Assembly: GCA_000388065.2 (NCBI GenBank)
Contig: KB932213.1
DNA length: 43,143 nucleotides
Reading direction: 5' to 3' (one strand)
Source of the DNA: Fonticula alba ATCC 38817
Lineage: Eukaryota; Protista; Nucleariida
This document shows, in pieces, positions 10,501-22,939 of the stretch (positions are counted from its first letter, which is position 1; the number at the start of each line of letters is the position of its first letter). The notes beneath the pieces were generated by a model. It searched no databases. It was not told where the DNA came from and saw only the letters and a list, made by a program, of their open reading frames with translations. A program made the translations under genes and the position numbers.

Positions 10501-12353
10501 GTGCCACCGCCAGCATGCCACCGCCCCAGGTGGCTCGGGCCGAGGCGCACCTCTCCTCGGGCTCGAGGGCCTTCGGTGACATCCGATACGCCAGCGTCAT
10601 GGGAAGCCTGCTGCGGCTGGTGGATGGCAGGATCCTGTCCGTGGGCCAGGTATGCGGGCACCGTGCTGAGTCCCCCGGCCCGGGGCACCCACTCCCCCTC
10701 TTTTTTTTTCTCCCGGCAGCTGGCTGACCCTCGGCTGGGTCGCTTGCGCCGGGAGGGGGGGGGGACATACGCGCAGGAATTCGATCTCCCGGCCGGGGCC
10801 GGGACCCTGCGCGCGCGCATGTCCCAAATGCTGGATGCCCGGTTGCGGCCGCTGCTGTCCGGGGTCCTGTCCATGCGTCGGCGGGTGGCGTTCCTGTATT
10901 TGAGCGTGCCACAGTGGGAGTTCCGTCTGCTGGGCGTGCCGGCGACGGTGCTGCTGCGGCTGCCGCCTCTGGCCTATGGCATCCGGCTGCCGGTGTACGC
11001 CGAGCGCGTCCCCCGGACCTTGGGGCGCGATGACATCCAAGTGCCGGGGCGGACAGTGCGCCTGCTCCGGGCGCACCTCCTTCAGGGCCACTCACCTGTC
11101 TTCCTCAATGGGCATTGGCAAATGACGTCCGTCGCCATGTGCCCCCCCCGGCCGCAGGGGCATGTGCCACGGGCGGTGGGAGCCGCGTGCCGGGGCGGGG
11201 CCGACCTTGGCGGGGCGGCGGCGACCGGGCGGGAGGTTGTCGCGAAAGGCTGACCCCCTTTGCCGGATGGCGGGCCGGCGCGCCGGGAGCAGGCCCCACT
11301 GTGACCCGGCCTTCGGCCTGCCAGACGACCACCTTCTCTTGGGGTCGGACATGCGCCCGACCCCCGACAACACCCTGATCTTGGAGGCGGCGCAGCCGCC
11401 GGAGCTGCTGGCCGTCGCCTGCCTCCTGAAGGCAGACCAGGGGCTTGGCCAGGGGCGGCGGTTGGACCCCGGCCAGCTGGAGGCCCAGCTGTACCAGGGC
11501 CTTCCCGAGGGGAATGTCCTCCAGAAGCACCAGGTCCGCAGGCATGAAGGCCGCCCGGTGGGCTTTGGCCCGCTGGGGGCGTGTGACCAACTTGCTGCGC
11601 CGTACTCCGGCAACGCACCGTCATGCTGCGCGGCGAGGCGGGCGCCCTGGACCACGGGCGCCCGCGACGGGTGGGCGTGGCGTCCACCTGGCAGGCGGAC
11701 ACGGGGTATGCTTGTCGGCCGGCGGGTGTCCTGCTGCCGGGGCGCACGCGGGTGCTCCTTTGGACGGCGGATGGCGAATGGGGCCTGGCCGCGCGGCCGC
11801 ATGGTGTTCCTGGGGGGCCGACTCGGTGGGGGGTCTGAGGCCCTTGTGCCCGCTGCTGGGCCTGTCGAGCGATGTTTTCCCATCCCTGTGCCATGCGCTT
11901 GGGCTTTCGGACTGGCTGCTCGGCGGGTATCTCTTCCTCCAGTGTAACTCCCGGCTCTTTCTGGCTCGGCAGGGGCGGATGTGCACCCTGTCCCGGGGGT
12001 GGTGCGCCTTTGCCGGGGCTTCCATGCGTATGTCTGCTCGGCCGCCGAGGGGGTCACGCTCCTGCACCATGCGCGGCCGCCGTATTGCTGGAGGTGGTCC
12101 ACATGCGCGTGGATCGGGGCCGAGGCCGATGTCCATCTCCCCGGGCCTGGTGCGGGACCTGCGGGCGGCCTTCATGGATGGCAGTGTGGCCTTGCTGGAG
12201 CGGCGGGCCGCTGGCGCCGGGTACTGGGCGGTCCTTGTGCCGGAGCTGCTCCTCGATGCCGATGGCATGGCCATGCCCTGTGGCATGCTTCGACCGGGGA
12301 GGACGCGCCTGTGCGTGCGCATCCCCCGGGCCCGGAGCCGACTTCGCCGTTGA
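7576..12353 (+). pseudogene. Gene B: degenerate tandem paralogue of gene A
   Basis: Colinear peptide matches to A: HCPEASLDVPLAPVGGPAARVL vs HWPETSLDVLLAPAGGPVARAL; LLPFESRSATVLATVRRVTW vs ALPFRSGDVDLLATVRRVVW; AAFMDGSVALLERR vs AAFPDGSMVLLERR. Intron positions are shared. Lesions: in-frame TAA at 9381-9383; frame switches near 9650, 10000, 10255, 11820, 11975, 12080 and 12140; non-AG acceptors at 8245-46, 8714-15 and 11609-10; GC donor at 9851-52. Confidence 0.85.
9078..9114. repeat. Imperfect (CA)n microsatellite in an intron of gene B
   Basis: Direct reading; it lies in intron 8933-9134. Confidence 0.85.
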
Positions 12354-13075
12354 GTGTTGCCTACGTGTGGGAGGCCGCCGGGCCCGGTGGCTGATCCCCG
12401 GCCGGGGAGCCGGACGATACGTCGGTGGCGCGGCTCGTGCTTTGTCGCGGGCTTCAGGCGGGCTTATGTGCCCGTGGTTGAGAGGTGCTGAGGGCGGGGG
12501 ACAGGGAGCCGACAGGGCTGAGTGACTGGCAGATCGGGGGGGGGGTCTTCAGGGCGGCGGACCTGAAGAGCAACATGACTTGGGAGGCAGCATCGAAGGG
12601 CCGACATGGGTTCTTCGTCCGGGTCCGCCCTGGCTGCTTGTGGGTCTGTCGTCGACGAGGCCTGTTCGGGGGAGGGTTCTCTGCCGGCTGCGGATGCCCG
12701 GCGACTGTCTGAGTCATTTCGCGTGCATGAAGTACCGGCAATGGAAGGCCGGTGGCCGGTGGCGGCAATCGGCGACGATGGTGGTCGCCCGGATGGAGGC
12801 GTGCTATGCGCTGGGCTGTGGCAGAGCCTCCGGGATGTGTGGCGCTGCCCAGCCTGTCACATTTCCATCTCTGGGCCGGGGCAAGGGTAAGGCTCTGGGC
12901 CGGCACCCTCCCCCCAGCGAGGCACATCTTGTATGGTTGTGTGTGGCCGAGAGAGTGCGAGTGCAGTCTCCAGGGCAGGGCAGAGGGACGCGAGGGGGTC
13001 GGGCAAAAGAGGCGAGGGTGGGCTGAGGGGCCGATGAAGGCCGGCATGCGTCAACAAAGAGCCCGCCGGGGCTGT

Positions 13076-13076
<1 letters not shown>

Positions 13077-13108
<32 letters not shown>
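13077..13108. repeat. (CA)16 microsatellite
   Basis: Direct reading. Confidence 0.92.
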
Positions 13109-13110
<2 letters not shown>

Positions 13111-13417
13111 GGACATCAGTGATGCTGGGCGATCCGCACCCCCGGCCACCACACGGCGGGCGTGGCATGGATGTCCGGCCAGGCGGATCCTTTCATCTGA
13201 TCGAGGCCTGCCTGTCCGGAGTCGGGGCCGGCGGGGATGCACATGGGGGGTGCACTGGCGCATCGACCTGCGTTGAGGCGCACACGGGCGCCCGGTTGCA
13301 TGGGTGTCGCGGCGCGTGAGCGCCCGTGTTTTGGTGCGTGTGTCCCCCGGGGCGCGGAACAGGCCGCTGGGCGCCCGAGTGGAGGCCGGGAAGATGGCGC
13401 GCGTGGCAAAAGAAGGA

Positions 13418-13490
13418 AGCCCACTGTGGGGCTCGAACCCACGACCCTGGGATTAAGAGTCCCATGCTCTACCAACTGAGCTAAACAGGC
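13418..13490 (-). tRNA. tRNA-Lys(CTT): tRNA-Lys, anticodon CTT
   Basis: The reverse complement reads GCCTGTTTAGCTCAGTTGGTAGAGCATGGGACTCTTAATCCCAGGGTCGTGGGTTCGAGCCCCACAGTGGGCT. Anticodon stem TGGGA/TCCCA with loop CT-CTT-AA; a T-tract follows downstream. Confidence 0.95.
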
Positions 13491-15568
13491 TTGTGGTTAT
13501 GCGCACTCGCGCGGACCTAAAAAGGCCTGGTCTTGCGCGGGCGCCAAGGCCGCCAGCCGGACAGAGACGCCCTGTGGGAGGAGGAAAAAAAGCCTCGCGA
13601 CCCGGCCGACACATGGGGTCGGGTGGCCGGGGCTGGGTGCCTCGTTTCCTCTTCCATGGCACCGGCTTCTGCCCGCCGGGAAGAGCCCCCGGCAGGGGGC
13701 CGGGTGCTGGATTGACCAAGACAGAGCAGGGCCAGCGGGTCGGGCGATGGCGTTCGCCGGCCTACCTGCCGAGGGCGCACCGGATCGCCGGATGCCCGGC
13801 GCCGGGGGGCGGTGTACTGTGGCACGAGGCGATCGGTGACCCTCGGGTGGGCATTGGCCTCGCCGGTGCTCGAGTGTGGGGGCCCTGCTGGGCGGGTTTT
13901 TGCAGACCGGCCTCGCACCTCGGGCGAGATCCACAGGAGCCATGCGCGCGCCCGTTGGGGTGTCGGGCTCCTCGGGAAAAAGGCACGGTAGGGAGGGAGT
14001 CGGGCCCCGCCTCGCACGAGGCTGCCACAGAGCGAGCGGCCTTGTCGGGGGCACGCCCATGCCGCGGCGGTCGGCCGGGTGAGGTGGGCAGATGGGTACC
14101 ATTGCCAGGGACACCAACAGCCAGGCGCCTCGGGTCAAGATCGCGGAATGGGGCGCTGAACGAGGGTGGCGGGGTGGGTGGCTTCCCAGGACGGGAGGGC
14201 CGACAGGGCACGCTTAAGGGGGGGCTACCGTCTTGAGAGCACACACCGCATGGGGGGTTGCTTTGGGACGCTGGCGCGGGCGCACGGGCGCGTGTAGGGC
14301 CTCTCACGCGAGGCGCATCGCTTGGATGCGGCCCCCTGTGTGCTGGGTGTCCCTCAGAATGCATGATCCGGCACAGGCACCGGCGCCCAGGCGGAGGGCT
14401 CGAAGGCCCGGCCGAGTTTTCCCGGGGCTGCGCGGCGGCGGGCCACTGCTGCCCGTGCGTCTGCCAGCATCGACGTGGCCTTCCATGGCAGTGCGCCACG
14501 CTGGAGTGCCCCGAGGGGGCATCATCCTCGGCCAGGGCTCCTAGCGTCTACGGTGCCTGCCACAGCAGTGTAAACGGGGGGGGGGGCAGAATATCCTCGA
14601 CATCGACACCATGCCGATTGGGGGCGTCCGCACTGATTGAGGACCACTGTCATCGATGTGCATCTTCTCTGAGGGGGGGGCGGCGTGGAGCGACAGGTGG
14701 GTGCGCGGTGATATGTCCCCAGTGCGGCGATGGGCGTGATAGGGGGGGATTGCGGCGCCGGAGCCACACATGCAGGGGCGCGGGCGTGCCAGGGGCACAG
14801 TGGTGCGATGAGGCGCGGGAAAGGGGTGCGGGGTGTATTTGCCCGAAGTCCCGAGGCAGGTGCGGCTGCCTGCACATCGAACAAAGCCCCGAGCCGGGTG
14901 CACGACTCCCGGGCCAGTTGTAGTGCGTTCGGCGTGGGTGGAATGTGCCGGGGGCCCAGTCCGTCTCCAACCGCGGGGCCGTCCTCGGTAAGATCAGCAG
15001 CAGGTGGGTGGGTGCACCCCGTGCAAGGGCGGAGAGGGGGGATCTGGAGCGCTTGCCTGGGCTGCTTGCCGGAGATCGACCACGTCCCAGAGCGGAGACG
15101 CAGCTTGTTGAGGGTGTGGGAGAGGCGCAACAGGTGGAGCAGCATCGAGAGCTGACACCGAGGCGCAGGGGAGCGACCCGGCAAAGGGGAGGGCGGGGCA
15201 GTTCGGGCCGGCCCCGGCGGCCTGGGCTGAGGCCCACGCGCCGGGTGGGGCATTCCCCGCCGGCCGGGGCCATCCTCCCGGCATGGGGCAAGCCTCGCCA
15301 AGGGAGGAAACCCGTGGCCCTGGCGAGAAGTGGACCGGGGCCAGGAGGCCAAAGGGGGGCTCTAAAGGGGGCAGGCGACGAGGACGACAGAAGAGAAAGA
15401 AGCGGACCCAGAAGCCAGGCAGGCTCCCCGGGAGATTTAGGCGGAGGGATGCCCCCGTCCCTGGGGCGGTAGACGCCGGGGACCGTGGCCTCGGTTGCCA
15501 GCGGGGCGACGCATCCCCGCCTTGTGCAGGGCCACGGAGCCTGACACGGATCACCAGCGGGAACGGCC

Positions 15569-15588
15569 GGGGGGGGGGGGGGGGGGGG
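15569..15588. repeat. G20 homopolymer upstream of gene C
   Basis: Direct reading. Confidence 0.85.
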
Positions 15589-16291
15589 AGGCCAAGAGCC
15601 GCTCGCTGGGGAACACCCGGCTCGGAGATTGGGACTGGCGGGCCAATTGCCCGTGAGTTGGCATCTCGCAGTGGAACACGACGAACAGGCGCCCACACCG
15701 GGAAAGGCCCGCCCGAGGGCCAAACGGGGAATAAATAATGCCCGGAATTTGCCCAAGTGCCGGCGCCTGTGTGGCACGTGGCACACCAATGCGCCACACG
15801 GAGGCGCGCGGCCCAACTGTGGGGGGTGATTGTTCGCGCGCATGGGTCCCACCTCCGGCCGGGAACTCGGCCCCCGCCATACCAGTCATCGGGGAGTGGG
15901 GATCAGCCTGGGCCGGAACCCGGGTCCCAACATCCCCCCGCCCCCCCCCCATCCTCTCGGGAAGTGCCCCCCTGGACGACGGACTGTTGGGGCTTGGTGC
16001 CGGCGTGGGACCCCGCGCGGCCGGCGGCGCGGGCCCTTGCGGAGGCCGGCAACGCCTGCGCCCGGCAGGCGCGTCTGCGGACCCTCGGACCGGGAATGCC
16101 GGACAGCCAGGGGAGGACACGCACACGCCAGCCAAGTGCCTACTGTCACCGCCAACAAGAGCCGCCGGGTCCTGGGCGTTGGCGAGAGGCGCCGGCGGAC
16201 ACATCCACCTCCGCTCGCCTCGCCTCCTCCACTACTCTTTTGCGCTTGCTTCTTTTGACGGCCATCACTGGATGGAATGCAGTGTCACCCC

Positions 16292-19200
16292 ATGGTGGAC
16301 CCCCGGGCCGCGACGGCCGGGAGCCGTCGGCACCCGCCGGGTGGTCGCCTGGCCGTCCTGGTGCTATGGCTGCTGCTGGCCATCGCCAGCATCCGCGGCG
16401 AGGACATCTACTTCCATGCGGCGGTCCACCGGGTGTCCAGTACCCCCGGGAAGCTGACCTTCACCCATGCATATGGAGCCCCCTCCTTCGTCGGGTCCCG
16501 GGAAACCAAAACACGCTATACGCTCCAGCGCCAGGTGAATCTCCCGGAGAAGACGCCGGAGAAGCGCTGGGGCCTTTTCTTCGGTGCCGAACGCCTGATG
16601 CTATCCTGTCCGCGGGCTGACAATCCCGGCACGGCGGACCTGATGCTCCTCCCCTGGTCGGCCTACCCGTACTTGGTGGTGGTCGAGCACACCCGGACCA
16701 CGGTTGCCCTGTTCACCGAGGAGGAAGTGTACCAGCTGCCGCGCCCGGACATCGAGCTCCTGGCCGGGATCCCGCTGTCCGGGGATGCCGTCCTGCTCCT
16801 GGGCCTGATCGGCCAGCTGGACCAATCGCGGCTGCCGTTCCTGGCCCGCCTCGATGCCGACGGCCTGACGGTATTTCCCTGGTACCTTGGTCCGATGGAG
16901 GCCGGCCCGGGCTTCGGGGCAGCCGGCACCGGGACGAGTGTCTTCCTGGGGGCCGGCACCCGACTGATCCGGCTCAGCTCGGGTCCGGGTAGTATGACAG
17001 TCGACTTGAAAGAAGTCGAGACCCCCAGTCGGATCTTGGGCCTGGCCGTGACGCGAATCATGACCCCGGCCGCCACGTGCCCCGATGGGCCGGACGTCGT
17101 CGTCCTGCTGGCAGACCAGAAGGTCATGGTGTATTCCTGCTTCGGTGGCACCGGTCCGACGGGCAACCACAGCGTGGACCTGCGGCCGGAGGTGCCGCCC
17201 GCTGGCTCTCGGATCCTGGCCCCGGAGGCCGCCGTCTTGACCGACCGGCCGGCTCCGTTCTACATCCTTTCGCCGGGTGCGGCGGATCCGCGCCTGCGCG
17301 CATGGCAAGTGTCATCCGTGGGGACGCAACTCCGGCTCAGCCGCGTGGCCTTGCCCCCGGTGGCGGCTGATAACCTTGCCGGTGTGGAGCTGGCCCGGCT
17401 GGTCGGCACCGCCGGCGACCCGGTCGAGTGGACCCTGGCAGCGGCGAGCACGGCCCTCTTCTCCTCGGCGGCCTTCCGGTGCCCGGACGACCGGAGCATC
17501 GTCTGTGACAGCGCCAACCAGATGACCGGGCATTCGCGCGGGTGGACCTGCGCGCCGCGCCACGCCGAGTCGCCCTATGTGTCGGCCACGCACCTGTGCG
17601 CCGGGTGCGCCAACGGCTCCTTCCTGGACCGGCCGATCGGTATGTCCCGCCTGGGTGTCCTTCGGCTTGCCTCCCGGCCGGGCCCTCCGGCCCTGCGCGG
17701 CCCTTGTCTTCCGGCTGATCTGGCCCCCTTCTTCGCGGTGCTTCCCTCCTGACCGTCGACATGCCCCCCCCCCTCCTTGAATCAAGACGAGCCACCGCTG
17801 GCCACCAGCATGCACGTGTGTCGTGCTTGTCCGCATGCGAATTGCTTGACCTGCAATTCGGCGAACTGCCTGGTATGCGCGTCGGACTTCCGCCTGGAGG
17901 CAAGTGCCCCGGATGGCAGTACCCGGTGTGTGGCCAGCTGCTCGGCCGGCTTCAGGGAGCTGGCCGGCGTGTGCTGTCCGGAGTCCAGGCACATGGCCCG
18001 GGCCAGCCTCTCGAGCCCGACGGCCGAGTCGCTGCCGGGCCTGGCCCTCGGCGACCGGGTGACCTTCGTCGGCGAATCGTGGCTCTCGGTGGACGAGCTC
18101 ACCGGGCGGCCCATCCTGCCGGGTCTCGGCAGCCCGTCGGTGTCCGGGGTGCTCATCTTCACGGAGCTCCGAAAGAGCTACTTCCTGCCGCGCATGCATG
18201 TGGGCATGGTGGACAAGCCGCCCCTGCGGGAAATCCACCTCTTCGCATCGCCACCGGCGACAATGGTCACCGCCTCGGTGGAGGTGGGCCCCTTCCTGCA
18301 TGCGGGGCAGCTGTTATATTTGGTGTTCGTGTGCACCTCCGAGAAGGCGGCCTACCAGGCCTGGCTGACATGTGCCCAGGCCACCGGGCCCTGCATCGCC
18401 GACGAGCCTCCGGGCCTGGGACAGGGCCCGTCGACCGGCTGTTCCGCGCTTCGGCGTCTGGATGCCGGGGGGTTTGCCCTGAAAAATGCCAGCCTGAATG
18501 GGGCTCGGTACCGGGCCAACCCGGCCACCCGGTCGGTGGAGCTGGTCTCGCCAATGAGCAGCGGGTCGGTCACGCTCCCCGTGGTCCCGGCCACCGGGGC
18601 CCGGGCCGCGCCCGCCCATGGCGCGTGGCTCCTGTGGACCGCCTACGCGCAATTGCCGAGCCTCCTGCCGCAAGCTCTGCTGGAGGGCCTGTTCTTTCGC
18701 CGGGAGCCCTTCGATGGCCGTCTGTTGGCGAACCCGCCGAGCATGGCCAACAATCACCATACCGTGTTGGTTCTCCCTCGGCCGACCCCTTCCGATCCTG
18801 CAGCCCCGATGGAGGTGGTCTTGCCGTATGTTGTCGGGTCCGAGTGGGTGGTCCTCCGGGTGCCCGGGGAAATGCTGGTCAGTGGCCGGCCCTCCGACTT
18901 GCCGTATGGGAAGCAGGTGCTCGGGGTGCTGCCCGGGCCGGTGCCCCCGCCGAAGGCCCCCCATGAGAATGTCCACTTTTATGGGGTCCCCCTCAGCGAC
19001 TTGGCCCTGGGCCCGGAGTATCCCAGCGCGCTGGTGCTCCTGGGTCGGGAGTTTTTCGGGCTGTCGCTGTTGCATTGCCCGAATCGGCCGCGGCAGCCGT
19101 GCGCCCTGCAGCCGGCCGTCTTCGGGGAATTGCCGTCATCCATGCGGATCCCGGAGCAAATGGCCCTCTGGGGCCCGGTGGTGTCGTCAGACTCGGCCCC

Positions 19201-22200
19201 CGCCGCCAGCGCCGCCACCAGCACCGGCCGGTCGCTCAGCTTCTTGGCCTTCTCGCCGGCCACCGGGCCCTTGAACTTCTCGGTGGCGCTGGAATGCCCG
19301 ATTGGGACATTCGGCCCGGCGTGTGACCCGTGCGATGGGCTTTGCGTCGAGTGCACCGGCCCCGGCCCGACGGCATGCACGGCCTGTCGATACTGGCTGG
19401 CCGGGGCCCCGGAAGGGTGCTTGGCCGAATGCCCGGCCGGCACCCTTCCAATGGCCGGCGGCCAGTGCGGATGCCCGGGCCTCTGCGAAGCATGCAGCCT
19501 CAATGGGGCCGGGGAGACCGTGTGCGATCGATGCCTGCCGGGCTATGGCCTCGACATGAGTGGGCCCGAGTTGGACCGGTGCCTGGCGTGCGACGAGGCG
19601 TGCGAGACGTGCGCGCGGCCTGGCGACCCGGGGGCCTGCACCACATGCCCGGCCGCGGCGCCGTGGCTGCATGGGGGGGCCTGTGTGAGCGCCTGCCCGG
19701 CGGGCATGTGGCCTGACAGCGGCGTGTGCCGGGTGTGCGCGCCTGGCTGCTTGGACTGCTCATCGACCGGCCAGTGTGTCCGCTGTGCGGCCAGGCACTT
19801 CCTGCAGCAGGGCGGCCCGGGGTGCATTCCCTGCGATGGGTCCTGCGCGGCGTGTGACAATGGGTCAAGCTGCTCGGCCTGCCAGTCGGGCTTGGTGTTC
19901 CTCGGTGTCGACGAGCAGGTGGCATCCCTGTGTGGCAGTGCCTGCCTGCCAGGGGAGTACATCCACCAGGGCCGGTGTGCCAGGTGCCATGACAGCTGCC
20001 AGCTGTGTGCCGGGGAGGCGACGGCCTGCCAGGTGTGCGCCGAGGGCTTCCGGTGGTCAGATCGGCCGCCAGGAGGAGGTGCCACCGAGCCGTGCGTGCC
20101 TTGCAGCCAGCCGGGATGCACCACCTGCACGGTGGACGCCTGCCTGGCCTGCCGGTGGCCGCTGGTGCTGGATGGCCATGGCGGCTGTGTGGCCGACTGC
20201 CAGGCCGGCACATACTCGAATGGCGAGTCTTGCCAGCCGTGCGATGTGTCCTGTGCCACGTGCATCGGCCCGGCTGCCAGCCAGTGCGACAGCTGTGCCC
20301 CGGGGCTGGACTTCCTGGCGGACGGCCCCGGCCGGGGGGCCTGCATTTCGGGCTGCGTCGATGGGCAGTACCGGCAGGGGGCCACCTGCCAGCCGTGCGA
20401 CGCCGCGTGTGCCACATGCAATGGCCCGTCGGACAGGGATTGCTGGCGCTGTATGGACGGCGTGCTCCAGGGGACCGAGTGTGTGCAGGATTGTGCCACG
20501 GGACATGTGGCCCTCGCCGGGCGGTGCCTCCGGTGCCATGCGTCCTGCGAGGCGTGTGCCGGGACCCGGAGCACCGAGTGCACCACATGCCCGGGCCATT
20601 TGCTGCGACTGCCGGCCAACCCGGGGCTGTCGCACTGCCTGCCATCCTGCCCGGCCTCCTACCACACCTCGGCCTCGGGGTGTGTCGCTTGCGGGGACCA
20701 TTGCACCCGTTGCCCGGAGTCGGTGGATGCCTGTGCCATGTGCAATCGGGGGTGGCTGCTGGCCGGGCCGGCGTGTGTGGCCACTTGCCCGGCCGGGGCT
20801 TCGGCCCAGGGGCCCATGTGTGTTTGGTGTCATGAAGAGTGTGCCACATGCTATGGCCCGGGGGCGGACCAGTGTTTGAGCTGCCCGGCCGGTGCTCCGA
20901 TCTTGTTCGGCGACCGGTGCCATGAGGCCTGCCCGGCGGGGACTTTCACCGAGGATGGCATTTGCATGCCGTGCAGCTCCACCTGCGGCTCCTGCTCCGG
21001 GCCCGGGCCGGAGGCGTGTACGGCGTGCTCCGGCGACCGGGCCCTTCACCAGGGGGCGTGCACATTGGCCTGCCCACGGGGCACCTTTGCCGAGGAGCAT
21101 GTGTGCCTCGAGTGCCGGTCCTCCTGCGCCACTTGCGCCGGGGCGGATGCCTGCACGAGCTGCCCCGGCGGGTACATGCTACAGCCGGATGGGTCTTGCG
21201 CGGCTGCCTGCCCGGAGGGGTGGCATGCGTGCATGGGCTCCGGCCGGTGTGTCGCCTGCCCGGCCGATTGCCTCCGGTGCGAGCTCCTCCGCGGGGAGGA
21301 TTGTCCCACGGGGTGTACCCTTTGCATGGAGGGCTTTGTCCGGACCGGGGACACGTGCGCCCGGGCCTGCCCGGCGGGCCAGTATCAGCATCCGATTGAC
21401 CGGGCGTCCTGCTGGCCGTGTGGCCCCGAGTGCGCCACGTGCTTCGGCTCGGGGGACTTTTGCACGGGCTGCCGGTCGGGCTTCCTGCACCCGAGCCGGG
21501 GCACCTGTGTGGACACCTGCCCGGCGGGCTCGGCCGTGGTTGATGGCATGTGTGTGGGGTGCTTCGCCGGGTGTGAGCGCTGCACGGCGGCCGCCGGCGG
21601 CGGCGAGCTTGAGTGTGCTCTGGAGGATGGACGGCCGCCTGCCTGCCCGGATGTCCGGACCTGTGACCAATGCCTGCCGGGGCTGCTGCTGCTGGAGGCG
21701 ACCTCCTGTGTGGAGGCCTGCCCGGCGGGCTACTACGCCGATGGGGGCCATGACGCGGGCTCTCCGGCCACTTGCCTGCCATGCCACGAAAGTTGCGCGG
21801 ACCTGTGCGTCGGCCCGGGCAGGGCCGATTGCCGGGGTCCCCGAGGCAGGCCCGGCTCGTCCGTGGGCCTGGCCGTGGGCCTGGCCGTGGGGCTCCTGCT
21901 GCTGGCCATCTTGCTGGTGTTGCTGGCGGTGCTGCTACGACGCCACCGGGCGGCAGCTCGGGCCACCGGCTCGAAGAGCCTGGACACGGAGGACGCCACC
22001 ATGCTGAATACCATCGTCGAGTTGGCTCTGCCGGGGGCCCTCCTGGTGAGCGTCGACATGGACTTCCGGCCGCTGGCGGACAAGCAGCTGGGCGCCGGCA
22101 CGCAGGCGTCGGTGTATGCGGCGCAGGCGGTCGGGGCCGGGGTCGGGGCCCGGCTGGGCTGCCCGGACGTGGTGGCCGTGAAGAGGATGAAGGCCGACCC

Positions 22201-22939
22201 CCTGCAGCCGATGCACCACGCCCTCTTCGAGAATGAGGTGGCCTTGATGTGGGTCCTGCGCGACCATCCGAACATTGTCCGGTTGTATGGCTATGGCACC
22301 TCGCCTCCGGCCATTGTGATGGAGCGCTTCGATTGCGACCTGAGCACGCTGCTGCACTCGGAGGTGCCGCTGTCGGTGGCTCAGCTGTGGGACATCTGCC
22401 AGCAGTGGGCCGCCGGGCTGGAGGCCATGCACACACATGGGGTGGCCCACGGCGACCTGAAGCCGGGCAATGTGTTTGTCAGCCAGACGGCTTCTTCCTG
22501 GCGGGCGGCCCTCGGGGACCTGGGCACGTCCAGGAACCTGAGCGCCAGCCGGCTGTCGGCCCTGGTCAACAGCATGCCCGAGCTGAATGCCATGTCGGTG
22601 CGGTATGCGGCGCCGGAGCTGCTGGACGCCTTCCAGCGGTCGGTTCCCCTGGACCCGGGGCTCTTCTTCCCGGTGGACATGTATGCGGCGGGGGTCATGC
22701 TGGGCGAGTGCCTGGCGCGGACTGCTCCCTGGGCTGGCATGAGCATGCAAGACATCAAGTACGCCGTGCGTGGCGGTGCCCGGCCGAGCGTCGAGCTCCT
22801 GGCCCAGGAGGCCCGGGACCTGGTGCAGGCCGCCTGGCAGGAGGACCCCAGCCGGCGGCCGCTCGCAGCCACCTTCCGCCAGCGCTGCGCCGCGCAACAT
22901 GTAGTAGCCGTGAGAAGTCTACCAGCCTCGCCCACATGA
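16292..22939 (+). CDS. Gene C: single-pass receptor kinase of about 2166 aa (signal peptide, two low-Cys ectodomain blocks, furin-like CxxC repeats, TM, TKL-type Ser/Thr kinase)
   Basis: Exons 16292-17639 and 17787-22939, joined by phase-1 intron GTATGT..TCAAG (147 nt); 6501 nt in total. Signal-like segment LAVLVLWLLLAIASIRG. Many CxxCxxxCxxC repeats at about 19300-21830. TM VGLAVGLAVGLLLLAILLVLLAVLL is followed by RRHR. Kinase motifs GAGTQASV, VAVK, ENE, HGDLKPGN, DLG, YAAPE, DMYAAG. ATG 16277 is an alternative in-frame start. Confidence 0.92.

Noticed and set aside
12485-12890. Short ORFs after gene B with a GTAAGG donor-like site (PDGGVLCAGLWQSL)
   Set aside because: The resemblance to gene A barrel segments is only vague, and I could not build a consistent exon chain.
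13418-13490. tRNA-Lys as a pseudogene because of three consecutive G-U pairs in the acceptor stem and a U discriminator
   Set aside because: All positions still pair, the A and B boxes and anticodon arm are intact, and from memory a U discriminator also occurs in yeast tRNA-Lys(CUU).
15080-15160. LRR-like peptide LSMLLHLLRLSHTLNKL on the minus strand
   Set aside because: It is a single imperfect match with no neighbouring repeats or gene structure.
22081-22890. Calling genes C and D receptor tyrosine kinases, or pseudokinases
   Set aside because: The catalytic loop is DLKPGN (Ser/Thr type), not DLAARN or DLRAAN, and the key catalytic residues are retained.
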